Counted from the first letter of the stretch, positions 13,040 through 22,606 are shown. The stretch is DNA of 30,598 nucleotides from Puniceicoccales bacterium (GCA_031288455.1 JAITRI010000023.1:1-30598), one strand, 5' to 3'. Translations and numbers: made by a program. Notes: a model not told the origin generated them from the sequence alone.

Positions 13040-16006
13040 TTAAATCTCATTTTCGTCGAGCCAGCGGAAAAGAATTATTTTATACCTGCGGCCGAATTTT
13101 TTATTGGTTTCCGACAGAATTTCTCCGCTGTCCGTCGGAGCATTGCTGGCGCCGTCGACGTATTCCGGAACGCGCTGCACGATTGCCTCGCAGTAGGCGC
13201 GCTCAACCGCATTGCCGCTGCCATCGACGCAATCCCCGAATGCGCGCACGAGAAATGTGTCGCCGCGCGTGCGCAAAAAATGTGACATTGGCTGTATTAT
13301 GTCCCCCTGATTAACGACCATCGGCATATTTTCCTCCAAATATCCGCTCGCCGAAATGTCATCGTGTGCCGCTAAATTTTTCGCGGAAGTGATGTGCGTC
13401 CGCTCGTAGTCCGCCGCCAATTTTGTGCCGTCGATCGCCGCCTGAAGAATCCCGACGCGTGTGCAGTCCTTAACGTCCCGTGCGACATTCCTGTTGATGA
13501 AATTCCCCACGTGTGCGCATGGACGTCCGCGGTCGACGATGGATGCCGCAAGGCGCTTTGCCAATGCCCCGATCTTTTTCGCATCGAATGATGGGAACAT
13601 GTCCTGTTTTTTCTCGCAAAAGAACCTCGGGAAAATCGCAGCACCGCGCTCATTTTTTACGGATGACAGGACACATTCCCAGGCGACTTCCGAGACTGAA
13701 TTGACGTTGAATGGCCCATCGATTAGCAAAATTTTCGCAAGATTTTCGCCATCGGTGATGCGCGCTGGATTTAGCAGCCTGAAGCGCCTATTGATTAAAA
13801 ATTTCAAATTTTCATCGATGGCAATTCCGTCCACCACCGTCGACACAAAAAATTCATCGAAAATGCTGTCGTTGAGAAAATGCGCATAGTCGTAGAGCGA
13901 TTCCGTCCGGCAGCGGGATGGCCAATGGCCCGTTGCTGTGAAATTTTCGTGAAAAGTCTCATTCACTGGGATGAGTGGATTGGCGCGCGAACTGCCGAGC
14001 AGTTGACTGGGGAAATATCCGAACGGTGCAAAGTTCACGTGGCGCAAATATCCGACATTAAGCACTCCGCAGATTGGTTCCGGAATATCGAACAGGATGA
14101 GATCGCTCAGATACTTTATCATCGCGTCGTCGAGAGATGCCATGGTCGGCGTCACAACCACCTGCGAAGTCCAGTTCCAATTTCCCGGCGCCGAATTTTG
14201 CGGAAAAAATATGGAGGAATATTCCTGGCAGACGGCGCGGTTGATGTGTGGCGCTCGCGGATTTCCCGTTGCCAGCCAACGCACCCCGGTTCTGCCATCG
14301 GCGTCGTAGAGGATGCCATATTTCATGCGCGAATTGAACGCGAAGCAGTGGAGATTTTCACCGGACATGTTCCGTTCGCAGCGCAATTCGGAATTCCCGG
14401 ATGGATCCAATTCCGCAATTTCGTGCAAAATTTTCCCGCTGCTTGCATCCACCAGGCGCCAGTGGAAACAATTCCACCCGATGTTGGCATTGCCGTCCGC
14501 GTTTGTGCAGGCAAGGCCCAGCGCGGAATAGCCGGCACTACTGGCGGCGGTATCGATTCTAAGAAAATTCGAACGATCGCTGGAGTTGTGGAGCGCATTC
14601 CCTCCGATGGGATCGATCGGCTGCGAATCCTCCAGCGAAAAAATCTTCACCTCTCCCGCCTTCAAATCCGTGGAAAAATTTAGCCTTAAAATTCTTGCCA
14701 TATCTCCCGAAGCATCGCCATTCGCCAGCGCATAGGTGCCGAGTTTCGAAAAATTTTGGGCAGCGTCGCCGAACGCCGACAGCGTCAGACTGGCGCCATG
14801 GGCCGACGTCCGCGGCACGCACAGCTCAACGCTGTATTTGGACATCTGCAGATCGCTGCCATAGGGATTCCACAGCACAACTTGCGGCAGCAGCGTAATG
14901 GCGAATTTTCCTCCGATTTCTGCAACTCCAATGCTGACGTTCGCCTGCGCCAGCAGCGGATATATGCCGTGCACTGCTGGAGGCCGCAGATCATCGCCCG
15001 GGGAATCCGCCGTCGCCGCCGAGTAATCCTTTGGGAACTGCGGCCTAAACATGGGCTCAGTGGCCAACACTTGCATCCGTCCGTTCCTAAATTTGCTGCG
15101 CAGGTTAAAAAATGATGCCAGAAAATCGAGAGTCGGCACATGTGCCGGGAGATTTGTTTGCCGCTGAAATAGTGCGCGATTCATTCCAACTTCACCGCTG
15201 CTTTCGCGCGCCAATTGCGACAGGTCCCGCTGCAATCCGGCGGCCTTCATCCTGCTCAAAACGCCGTGTGAGTGCAGCGTTAAGCTGTGCCTGTGCCGCA
15301 AAAATTTTTCAAAAATTTTCCCGTCCAAACACTGCAGCTGTTCGGGGAAATCAATTTTTGTGGCGATGAAATCGTGGCCGATGCCACCATTTTCTGCAAA
15401 AACTGCCGCCGTGTCGAATACCTGTGGACAGCAGCAGTGAACTTTTTTCGCGCGAAAATCTGATGACTTTCCGTAGCGGTCCACCATGTTAATTTTCACC
15501 TTTTGGCTCTCGTCAGACACCCAAAATCCATAGCGCATGGCAGGTTTTGCTCCATCCGCGACCGCAATGGGCGCTATGAAAATGTCATCCGAATCACCCG
15601 CTGAAAATATTTTAACGGCATCGGCGGCAACGTCTTCACAGACGGAACGCATGCTGTCAGCTGCTCCATCGGACACCAGCCATCCGGAAAATTTCACAGC
15701 GCCGTTTGAATTTTCAGCGGCCGTATCCCACACGCCAGCGTAGTATTTTTTGCAGCCTCTCGCATCTGCAACCGCACCGGCACATGCCGTTGCGCACGTG
15801 TCCCTCCCGGATAATTTTTGTATTTTCCCGACGGCAAGTCCAAGCGCAAACATCGCATTGTCCTGCGCTGCGGCGATGTTGTCTTCGCGCCTGATGCGAA
15901 GAATTTCCATGTAATTGGCGATGCCCACACTCGCCAAAATGCTTCCCAGCAGCAGCAGAATTAGCACGACGAAAATGAGCGCCACTCCTTTGTCCCTACG
16001 AATCAT
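13040..16006 (-). CDS. Large PilX-like minor (pseudo)pilin, Verru_Chthon cassette protein A-like
   Basis: Prepilin-like N-terminus RRDKG|VALIFVVLILLLL and AQDNAMFALGLAVGKIQKLSGRD, YGFWVSDESQKVKIN, GPFNVNSVS, and a C-terminal RGDTFLVRAFG...RAYCEAIVQRVPEYVD...FGRRYKIILFRWL, as recalled for verrucomicrobial homologues. Start placed at ATG 16006. Confidence 0.75.
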   Translation of the reverse strand: MIRRDKGVALIFVVLILLLLGSILASVGIANYMEILRIRREDNIAAAQDNAMFALGLAVGKIQKLSGRDTCATACAGAVADARGCKKYYAGVWDTAAENSNGAVKFSGWLVSDGAADSMRSVCEDVAADAVKIFSAGDSDDIFIAPIAVADGAKPAMRYGFWVSDESQKVKINMVDRYGKSSDFRAKKVHCCCPQVFDTAAVFAENGGIGHDFIATKIDFPEQLQCLDGKIFEKFLRHRHSLTLHSHGVLSRMKAAGLQRDLSQLARESSGEVGMNRALFQRQTNLPAHVPTLDFLASFFNLRSKFRNGRMQVLATEPMFRPQFPKDYSAATADSPGDDLRPPAVHGIYPLLAQANVSIGVAEIGGKFAITLLPQVVLWNPYGSDLQMSKYSVELCVPRTSAHGASLTLSAFGDAAQNFSKLGTYALANGDASGDMARILRLNFSTDLKAGEVKIFSLEDSQPIDPIGGNALHNSSDRSNFLRIDTAASSAGYSALGLACTNADGNANIGWNCFHWRLVDASSGKILHEIAELDPSGNSELRCERNMSGENLHCFAFNSRMKYGILYDADGRTGVRWLATGNPRAPHINRAVCQEYSSIFFPQNSAPGNWNWTSQVVVTPTMASLDDAMIKYLSDLILFDIPEPICGVLNVGYLRHVNFAPFGYFPSQLLGSSRANPLIPVNETFHENFTATGHWPSRCRTESLYDYAHFLNDSIFDEFFVSTVVDGIAIDENLKFLINRRFRLLNPARITDGENLAKILLIDGPFNVNSVSEVAWECVLSSVKNERGAAIFPRFFCEKKQDMFPSFDAKKIGALAKRLAASIVDRGRPCAHVGNFINRNVARDVKDCTRVGILQAAIDGTKLAADYERTHITSAKNLAAHDDISASGYLEENMPMVVNQGDIIQPMSHFLRTRGDTFLVRAFGDCVDGSGNAVERAYCEAIVQRVPEYVDGASNAPTDSGEILSETNKKFGRRYKIILFRWLDENEI

Positions 16007-16155
16007 CGCTGCGCACACTCTAGTGTTCAAAATCACCATTTAAAGCCTTAAATGTCGCGTTTAAAAAATTTAAAATGGGAGAGGTTTCGCTAAATTTCAG
16101 CACCTTTTAAAATAAAAATATTTGTTTTATCGCCATAATTTTTATTCATTTGGGC

Positions 16156-17019
16156 ATGAATTTTTTACATGCCATATGGGAATTTTTTATATCCATTGTG
16201 TTTAGCAACGGCGCCTATCAAATTTTGATGCTGTGGGTATTTTTCGCTCTGTACGCCGTCGGAAATCTCCCGCGATCGATTCGCACGCAGTCGCTGTGGG
16301 GAAGACTATTGCTGAACATCGGAAGCAAGGCAATGATGCTACCGTTTTTTGTGCTTTTAGGTTTAGGCGTTGAAGTTGGCGTTGCCGTGGAACTGGTGAT
16401 GTGCGCTAGCGCTATGCTGGCGATCGCATTTTCACTGCATGTGGGCAACTACTCCAGATTTTTCGCCAGAACTGATCTTACGCAATCCGTTTCTTTAGTC
16501 ATCTTCTTGGCGCATAGAGACAGCGCATTTGCGGCTAATTATCCGCATATGACCAGATTTTTGCTAGTATTTTTCGTGCCCTATGCCGCGAGCAACGCAA
16601 TTCTCATCGCGGCGGAATTTTTTATGGAAAAAAAGTGCGGCAAGGGAACGATCCATCTGGAGGATTTCCATAATCTGTGGGTCGGGGAAAAAATTGTGGC
16701 AGTGTCGCTGCTAGCGGCAATGATGTTCCTCATCGGAATACCGCCTCTGACTGGATTTGCCTGGAGAGCAGCCATTGTCAAAAGTCTGATCGTCGAACAC
16801 CGCGGCCTTACCATTGGGCTGATACTGTGCTTCATTTCGCTTGGCTACACGTATTTTAAGTGGATACTGGCAATTTTCAAAACGGTTCCGGCGCAAGCGT
16901 CGCAGCCGCGCGCTAGACTGCCGCTGTCAACTGAATTGTCCGCTAAGCTGCTAATGGCAGGCTGCACCGCCGCGATCGTGTACTGCTGCTACATTTGCAC
17001 GCTTAAACATTTCGCGTAA
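16156..17019 (+). CDS. Orphan, truncated NuoN/Mrp antiporter-like membrane protein
   Basis: Multiple hydrophobic helices. NIGSKAM resembles NuoN TM8 ATASKIA, and LIGIPPLTGFAWR resembles LAGIPxxxGFxGK. About 287 aa versus roughly 480 for NuoN. Confidence 0.6.
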   Translation: MNFLHAIWEFFISIVFSNGAYQILMLWVFFALYAVGNLPRSIRTQSLWGRLLLNIGSKAMMLPFFVLLGLGVEVGVAVELVMCASAMLAIAFSLHVGNYSRFFARTDLTQSVSLVIFLAHRDSAFAANYPHMTRFLLVFFVPYAASNAILIAAEFFMEKKCGKGTIHLEDFHNLWVGEKIVAVSLLAAMMFLIGIPPLTGFAWRAAIVKSLIVEHRGLTIGLILCFISLGYTYFKWILAIFKTVPAQASQPRARLPLSTELSAKLLMAGCTAAIVYCCYICTLKHFA

Positions 17020-17064
17020 ATTTTATTTGTGTGGGGAAAGATTAGCAGTATTTTCACGGAATCG

Positions 17065-19605
17065 ATGGAAGAATCACACCCGTCAACGCCGATGATGCGG
17101 CAATATTTGGAAATTAAAAAGTCGCTGCCGAAGCGCACGCTGCTATTTTTCAGACTGGGAGATTTTTACGAACTATTCAACGAGGACGCTGAGATCGGAG
17201 CTCGCCTGCTGGGGATAACGCTGACGCATCGCGGAACAATGCCGATGGCCGGAGTGCCATACCACTCCGCCGAAGCGTACGTAAATAAAATTCTAAATTG
17301 CGGCTATAAAATCGCCATCTGTGATCAGGTGGGAACTCCCAAAGCGGGACAAATCGTCAAGCGTTCACTGTCGCGCATTCTAACGCCTGGCACAGCGATC
17401 GCCGAACAGCAGATGGAAGCGAAACAGAATCGATATATCCTTGCGATTGCGGCGACGAAGCATGAATTTTCCATGGCATGGCTCGAGACGTCCACCGGAG
17501 AATTTCAAATGGCAACGGCGAAAAATCCGCAGACACTATTTCCGGTCGCATTTGCCCTCAATCCCAGCGAAATCATAGTTGGCGAAAATGCGCGCGCCCG
17601 ATGGAAAGATCTGAGCACAAATACGCAGGAGTCGCTGGATGGACTTCTTGCCGGACGCGCCGTTTCTGAGCTGCCGGATTTTTACTTCGACAGTGTGCAC
17701 GGCGCCGCGCTCGTTAGGGAAATCCTCGGCGTGTTGAATTTCGATGGCTACGGAGTGACCGAGGCCGACAATGCCGCGCTTGGGCCCGCCGGAGCTGCGC
17801 TCCACTACGCCGCGGAAAATTTCCGCCAAAAGCCGCAGAACATCAGAACAATTCGCCTCTACAGGCCGCAAAATTCCATGCGCATCGACGGCTCCACCAT
17901 AAAAAATTTGGAAATCTTCTGCTCCTCATCCGGCCAAAAAATTGGATCGCTTGCGCACGCCATTGACCGCACGGTGACGCCGGCCGGAGCGAGACAACTG
18001 GTGAAATTTTTAATCGAACCGAGCCTGAAAAGGGAAGAAATTATCATGCGCCAAAATTGTGTGCGCGCATTTTTGGAGGATGAGGCGCTGCAGGTGAATG
18101 TGCAGACGTGCCTGAAAAATACATACGATCTGCCGCGCATTTTGACGCGCCTGCAGAATCGCATGAAAAATCCCCGTGATCTGAACGCAGTCAAAGTGAC
18201 GGTGGAACAATTTCCAAAAATGAAGAAATTTTTGAGCGGCAGCAAAGTCGCAGAACTGGAGAAATTTTCATCCGCAATGCACACGTTCAACGATTTGCAC
18301 GCGCTGCTGTCATCGGCACTGGCGGACGTCAACCTGCCACCCGATCTCACCTCCGGCGGATACATAGGAGAGGGATACGACGCACAGTTGGACGCATACC
18401 GCAGCATGTCAACGGATTGCAAATCGTGGATAAATGACTTCGAGCGCAATGAGCAGTCGCAGACGGGGATCAAAAGTTTGCGCGTGAAGTATAATAACAA
18501 TTTCGGGTACTTCATAGAGGTCACAAAGTCAAACTTGCACCTTGTTCCGGCCTATTACATGCGTCGCCAAACCACGGTGAACGCTGAGCGTTACACCACG
18601 GACGAGTTGCGAAAGAAAGAGTCGGAAATAGCGAACTCCCACGCGTTGGCACTGGCGCTTGAGGAGAACATTTTCAATGATTTACTGGAGCGAACACTGG
18701 CGCATTTTGCGGAACTGGTGTCTTCGGCGGCCGTGCTGGCAAAATTGGACGTTTTTTGCGGATGGGCGAGCCTGGCGCGCGAGATGAAATACTGCTGCCC
18801 AGAAATAGTCGACGAGGACTGTTTGGAGATCTCCGACGGAAGACATCCGGTCATCGAGCAAATTTTGCAGAGTGAGCATTCCGGAACATTCGCGGATGTG
18901 CACGCATTCGTCCCGAATGATTTGAAGCTGTGCAACGGCGAAACGCAAATCGCACTGATAACCGGACCGAACATGGCTGGCAAATCAACGTACATCCGGC
19001 AGGCGGCGCTCATAGCGATCCTCGCGCACATCGGCTGCTGGGTCCCGGCAAAAAAATGCAAACTGTCCACCATCGATAAGATTTTCTCGCGCATAGGGTC
19101 CGGCGATGACCTGTCACGTGGCCGGTCGACCTTCATGCTGGAAATGTCGGAGACCGCGAATATTTTAAATAACATGACCGATGCCAGTCTGGTGATTTTG
19201 GACGAAGTCGGCCGCGGGACGAGCACCTACGATGGACTGAGCCTCGCCTGGGCGATCGTCGAACACATCCACGGAGCAGGAGCGCGTGGGCCAAAGACAC
19301 TCTTCGCGACCCACTACCATGAGCTGACAAAATTATCGCAGACGCTGCCGCGCATGAAAAATTTTCAGATGGAGGTGAAGGAGTGGAACGACGAAATAAT
19401 CTTCATGAGAAAAGTCATTGGTGGGGCCGCCGATCGCTCCTATGGCATACACGTGGCGCGGTTAGCCGGCATTCCACTGGAAGTTATTGCAAGGGCAAAG
19501 GAAGTTTTGAACGAATTGGAGGACGAGGGCAACATTTTCACAAAAAACATTTGGCGCAAAAAAAATGACGCACTGCCAGACAGCGCACAAATATCACTGC
19601 TGTGA
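17065..19605 (+). CDS. mutS: DNA mismatch repair protein MutS (MutS1)
   Basis: Motifs TPMMRQY, FFRLGDFYELF, Walker A GPNMAGKS, DEVGRGTST, FATHYHEL, SYGIHVARLAG, and a C-terminal beta-clamp motif QISLL. An alternative GTG start is at 17029. Confidence 0.98.
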   Translation: MEESHPSTPMMRQYLEIKKSLPKRTLLFFRLGDFYELFNEDAEIGARLLGITLTHRGTMPMAGVPYHSAEAYVNKILNCGYKIAICDQVGTPKAGQIVKRSLSRILTPGTAIAEQQMEAKQNRYILAIAATKHEFSMAWLETSTGEFQMATAKNPQTLFPVAFALNPSEIIVGENARARWKDLSTNTQESLDGLLAGRAVSELPDFYFDSVHGAALVREILGVLNFDGYGVTEADNAALGPAGAALHYAAENFRQKPQNIRTIRLYRPQNSMRIDGSTIKNLEIFCSSSGQKIGSLAHAIDRTVTPAGARQLVKFLIEPSLKREEIIMRQNCVRAFLEDEALQVNVQTCLKNTYDLPRILTRLQNRMKNPRDLNAVKVTVEQFPKMKKFLSGSKVAELEKFSSAMHTFNDLHALLSSALADVNLPPDLTSGGYIGEGYDAQLDAYRSMSTDCKSWINDFERNEQSQTGIKSLRVKYNNNFGYFIEVTKSNLHLVPAYYMRRQTTVNAERYTTDELRKKESEIANSHALALALEENIFNDLLERTLAHFAELVSSAAVLAKLDVFCGWASLAREMKYCCPEIVDEDCLEISDGRHPVIEQILQSEHSGTFADVHAFVPNDLKLCNGETQIALITGPNMAGKSTYIRQAALIAILAHIGCWVPAKKCKLSTIDKIFSRIGSGDDLSRGRSTFMLEMSETANILNNMTDASLVILDEVGRGTSTYDGLSLAWAIVEHIHGAGARGPKTLFATHYHELTKLSQTLPRMKNFQMEVKEWNDEIIFMRKVIGGAADRSYGIHVARLAGIPLEVIARAKEVLNELEDEGNIFTKNIWRKKNDALPDSAQISLL

Positions 19606-19691
19606 ATTTTCAAAAAATTTCTTCCACCGATGTGCGCGTTTAACTGCTTGCGCAGCGTGATGTTTTTACTATGCAAGGGCAATGCTGGAAC

Positions 19692-20066
19692 ATGGACAAG
19701 CTGGACAAGATTTTTGAGATGCAGACGATCCTGAACGATAGGACGGGCGTGCATAATTTTCCCGATCTCGGCGATGGAGAAAAAATAAAATGGATATTAA
19801 ACTATGCGCGCGCGATGCAGCAGGAAATCGCGGAATTGGTGGACTCCGTCCCGTGGAAATGGTGGGCGAAATACCAAAAATTCGATGAGCAAAATGCGCG
19901 CGTTGAATTGATAGATTTGCTGCATTTTATCATATCCATAGCGCAGGTTCTTGGGATGTCGGCGGATGACCTCTACGACGTCTACCGCAAAAAACATCTC
20001 GTCAACATGCGGCGGCAGGAGAGCGGATACACCGTAAAGGACAGTAGCGATACGCGTGACATTTGA
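19692..20066 (+). CDS. Dimeric (all-alpha) dUTPase, dUTPase_2/MazG-like family
   Basis: Motifs QQEIAELVDSVPWKWW, VELIDLLHFIIS, YRKKHLVNMRRQESGY. Confidence 0.88.
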   Translation: MDKLDKIFEMQTILNDRTGVHNFPDLGDGEKIKWILNYARAMQQEIAELVDSVPWKWWAKYQKFDEQNARVELIDLLHFIISIAQVLGMSADDLYDVYRKKHLVNMRRQESGYTVKDSSDTRDI

Positions 20067-20165
20067 TGCGAAATCTTTGGGCAAAATGTCTCCGTGGCGC
20101 ATGCGATGTGCACGTGCGCGTATTTTTATCTTGCAAACGGCGAGAATTTGTCATTTTTCCAGGAA

Positions 20166-20372
20166 ATGGAAGATGAGAGTAGTGTTGATTCGCGGCTCGT
20201 TAAGGAAATTTCTCCGATGGAGTTGAAGTACACGGACGTTGAGAAACTGTCGCTATTTGTGACGGGAATAGGGAAGATTCTGCCGAAAAAATTCACCGGT
20301 CTCCCTTCGCGGCAGCAGCGGCACATAACAAAAATGATTAAGCGTGCCCGCAACATGCTGCTGATGAAATAA
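20166..20372 (+). CDS. rpsR: 30S ribosomal protein S18, zinc-free (C-) type
   Basis: LKYTDVEKLSLFVTGIGKILPKKFTGLPSRQQRHITKMIKRARNMLLM. It has no Cys, and it is not in an rpsF-ssb-rpsR operon. Confidence 0.93.
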   Translation: MEDESSVDSRLVKEISPMELKYTDVEKLSLFVTGIGKILPKKFTGLPSRQQRHITKMIKRARNMLLMK

Positions 20373-20379
20373 TACCGAC

Positions 20380-21381
20380 ATGGGGACTGTGGCCGATATT
20401 TCGGATGCCATAGCGGCACTGAGGCGCGGAGAGGTGGTCGTACTGCCTACGGAAACCGTCTATGGACTGGCGGCGAATGCGCTGGACACGGCTGCGGTGG
20501 AGAACATATTCCGCGTAAAATCCAGACCGCTGCAGGATCCGCTGATCGTTCACGTGCTCGATGGCGCGTGGATCGGGCGATACGCCGACATTTCCAGTTG
20601 CTCCGAGCATGTGCCAAAGATTGTGGATGCCTTCTGGCCTGGGCCGGTTACCATCGTTCTGAAGAAAAAGGAAATAATCCCAGACATTGTGACCGCTGGA
20701 TTTGACACGGTGGCGATCCGATGTCCGCGGCATGAGATCTTTCGGAACGTTCTTGAGCAGGTCGATTTTCCGCTCGCCGCGCCGAGCGCAAATCCATTCG
20801 GATATGTCAGTCCCACCGGAGCGGATCAGGTGGTGAGGACACTGGGAGATCGCATAAAAATAATCCTCGACGGCGGGCGCTGTTCCGTCGGATTGGAATC
20901 GACAATTTTAGATCTGTCGCGGGACCGCCCAAAGATTCTGAGGCCTGGGCCCGTAACCGCCGAAGAAATCTCCGAAATCATCGGCGAAAATGTCATCGAC
21001 TACGCGGCACATGGCCTATCGGAAAACCCAAATGTCCCCGGGCAACTGAAGCAGCACTACTGCACGGAAACGAAATTGGTGCTTTTCGATGGAAAAGATG
21101 GAAAATTTGATCAAAATTTTAGTGGCGAAGTTGCCGTGATTTTTGCGAAAAAACCGGATTCCGTTGCCGTGATTTCGCAAAAAATGCGCATTCCTGAGAG
21201 AAATATTTTCTGGTTGAGCGAAGTGGGAGACATGCGCACCGTCGCAAAGAATCTATTCGCCACGCTGCAGAAATTGGACGCCGTTGGGTACGACGCGATC
21301 ATGTGCGAACTGCCGCCCAGAAGCGGCATCGGAGTCGCAATTCACGACAGACTGACGCGCGCCGCTGCGAAATTCTCGTAG
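20380..21381 (+). CDS. sua5: Threonylcarbamoyl-AMP synthase, Sua5-type (YrdC plus Sua5 domain)
   Basis: Motifs VVVLPTETVYGLAANA, PLIVHV, FWPGPVTIV, PLAAPSANPFG, VGLESTI, ILRPG, PGQLKQHY, AIHDRLTRAA. Confidence 0.96.
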   Translation: MGTVADISDAIAALRRGEVVVLPTETVYGLAANALDTAAVENIFRVKSRPLQDPLIVHVLDGAWIGRYADISSCSEHVPKIVDAFWPGPVTIVLKKKEIIPDIVTAGFDTVAIRCPRHEIFRNVLEQVDFPLAAPSANPFGYVSPTGADQVVRTLGDRIKIILDGGRCSVGLESTILDLSRDRPKILRPGPVTAEEISEIIGENVIDYAAHGLSENPNVPGQLKQHYCTETKLVLFDGKDGKFDQNFSGEVAVIFAKKPDSVAVISQKMRIPERNIFWLSEVGDMRTVAKNLFATLQKLDAVGYDAIMCELPPRSGIGVAIHDRLTRAAAKFS

Positions 21382-21410
21382 GACAATAGCCTCCGCGCTG
21401 GCCAATCGGT

Positions 21411-21692
21411 TCCGCGCGCCAGTGTTTTTAGTTCCCCGGCGTCTTTGTCTTTAGATCTCCGACGATTTTATCCTTAGTTTTCGTTTTCCGGGGACTTTCG
21501 CCCTACGCGCGCCCGGAGACTTTCGCTATCTCGCGCGTGCCAGGAGATTTCCACCTCTTGCGCGCGGAGCGGTCCGCATCCGCTTTGCGAATGCGGCGGG
21601 TGCAGGGGCTGCGCCCCTGCCCGCCGGAGGCATAAATAAAAGTGCCAGGCGCCGTATTTTTAGGAAAAAGTCCGCGGCGCCGTTGCTTTTGG
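21411..21692 (+). repeat. Double-hairpin element, copy F (core 21561-21636), with permuted linker modules
   Basis: The ttagttcccc..cgacgattttat segment and three ccggagactttc-type sub-repeats precede the core, and two aagtcc..ggcgccgt..tttt sub-repeats follow it. It lies between the convergent sua5 and lpxI. Confidence 0.92.
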
Positions 21693-21719
21693 AAAGATGA
21701 GACATTCGATGGTTTGGCC

Positions 21720-22550
21720 TCAAAACCCGATGATCTCGATGCCATACTTCTTCGCGGCGTTTAGAACGTTTGCTCTGTCTAAAATTAGCACACTGCCGGC
21801 CTCCAACGCCACATATTTCACGGATGCGCCGCGCAAATTCTCCAGAGTTCGCATGCCGATGGTGGGAACATCGAAGCGAAAATCCTGATCAAACTTGGAC
21901 GTTTTGAGGAAAAGCACATTTTTTAGATTAAACTTTCCAATTCTCAGTATTAGGTCGTCCGTCCCAGCGAAATCCTCGACCGCCAGGACTGTCCCGTTGC
22001 GCACAGCCACACTCTGTCCGATGTTCAACCGTGCCACTTCGCGGGCGATGCGAACGCCGAACTGCAGATCGCGATCGCTGACCGTTGACACCCTGTGCGA
22101 CATCGGCCCAACGGTTGCGATGTGGTCTCCCATGAATGAGCGCGCATCCAGCAATTTTACGCCAATGTTTTCGATTTCTTTCGCGATCGCCCCGAATATC
22201 GACTCGGCGTTGCGCTCCTTGAGTGACGCGAGGATCAGCATCGCCCTTGGGTCTGGAAAATGACTGAATAGTCGTTTCGGCTTGATTTGCCCGGCCATGA
22301 TGGCGAATTGCACGGCGAAACGCCTTAGCGTTTTCAACAGTTTCGACACATCTCCGGCGAAAATCCTCTCAATCCCATGGCTCGAAAATTCCGAAAGCTG
22401 CGGAGTATTCACCTCCTCATCCACCGCAATTAAATGGACGTCGTGTCCGGCACTGTGCATGTTCCGCGCGCACAAAATCGGATAATCTCCGCGGCCGGCG
22501 AGAATGGCAATGCGCGATTTTTCCGGCAACTCACTGTCCATGAACGGCAT
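21720..22550 (-). CDS. lpxI: UDP-2,3-diacylglucosamine diphosphatase LpxI (DUF1009)
   Basis: Motifs IAILAGRGDYP, IMAGQIKP, IGQSVAVRNGTVLAVEDFAGTD, DFRFDVPTIG, LEAGSVL. Confidence 0.92.
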   Translation of the reverse strand: MPFMDSELPEKSRIAILAGRGDYPILCARNMHSAGHDVHLIAVDEEVNTPQLSEFSSHGIERIFAGDVSKLLKTLRRFAVQFAIMAGQIKPKRLFSHFPDPRAMLILASLKERNAESIFGAIAKEIENIGVKLLDARSFMGDHIATVGPMSHRVSTVSDRDLQFGVRIAREVARLNIGQSVAVRNGTVLAVEDFAGTDDLILRIGKFNLKNVLFLKTSKFDQDFRFDVPTIGMRTLENLRGASVKYVALEAGSVLILDRANVLNAAKKYGIEIIGF

Positions 22551-22606
22551 CTGATCTGAGTACCCGATATCGCAAAATCACACCGCTGTCAATGGCAAAT
22601 GTGCCG

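Noticed and set aside
13880-14683. Long antisense ORFs (for example 13880..14683, 1407..2159, 22653..23342, 27213..27932, 29182..30006)
   Set aside because: They are shadow frames of well-supported genes, with no recognisable motifs or RBS.
19606-20372. dUTPase as a phage or prophage marker
   Set aside because: It sits in a housekeeping run (mutS-dUTPase-rpsR-sua5), with no integrase, att site or phage structural genes.
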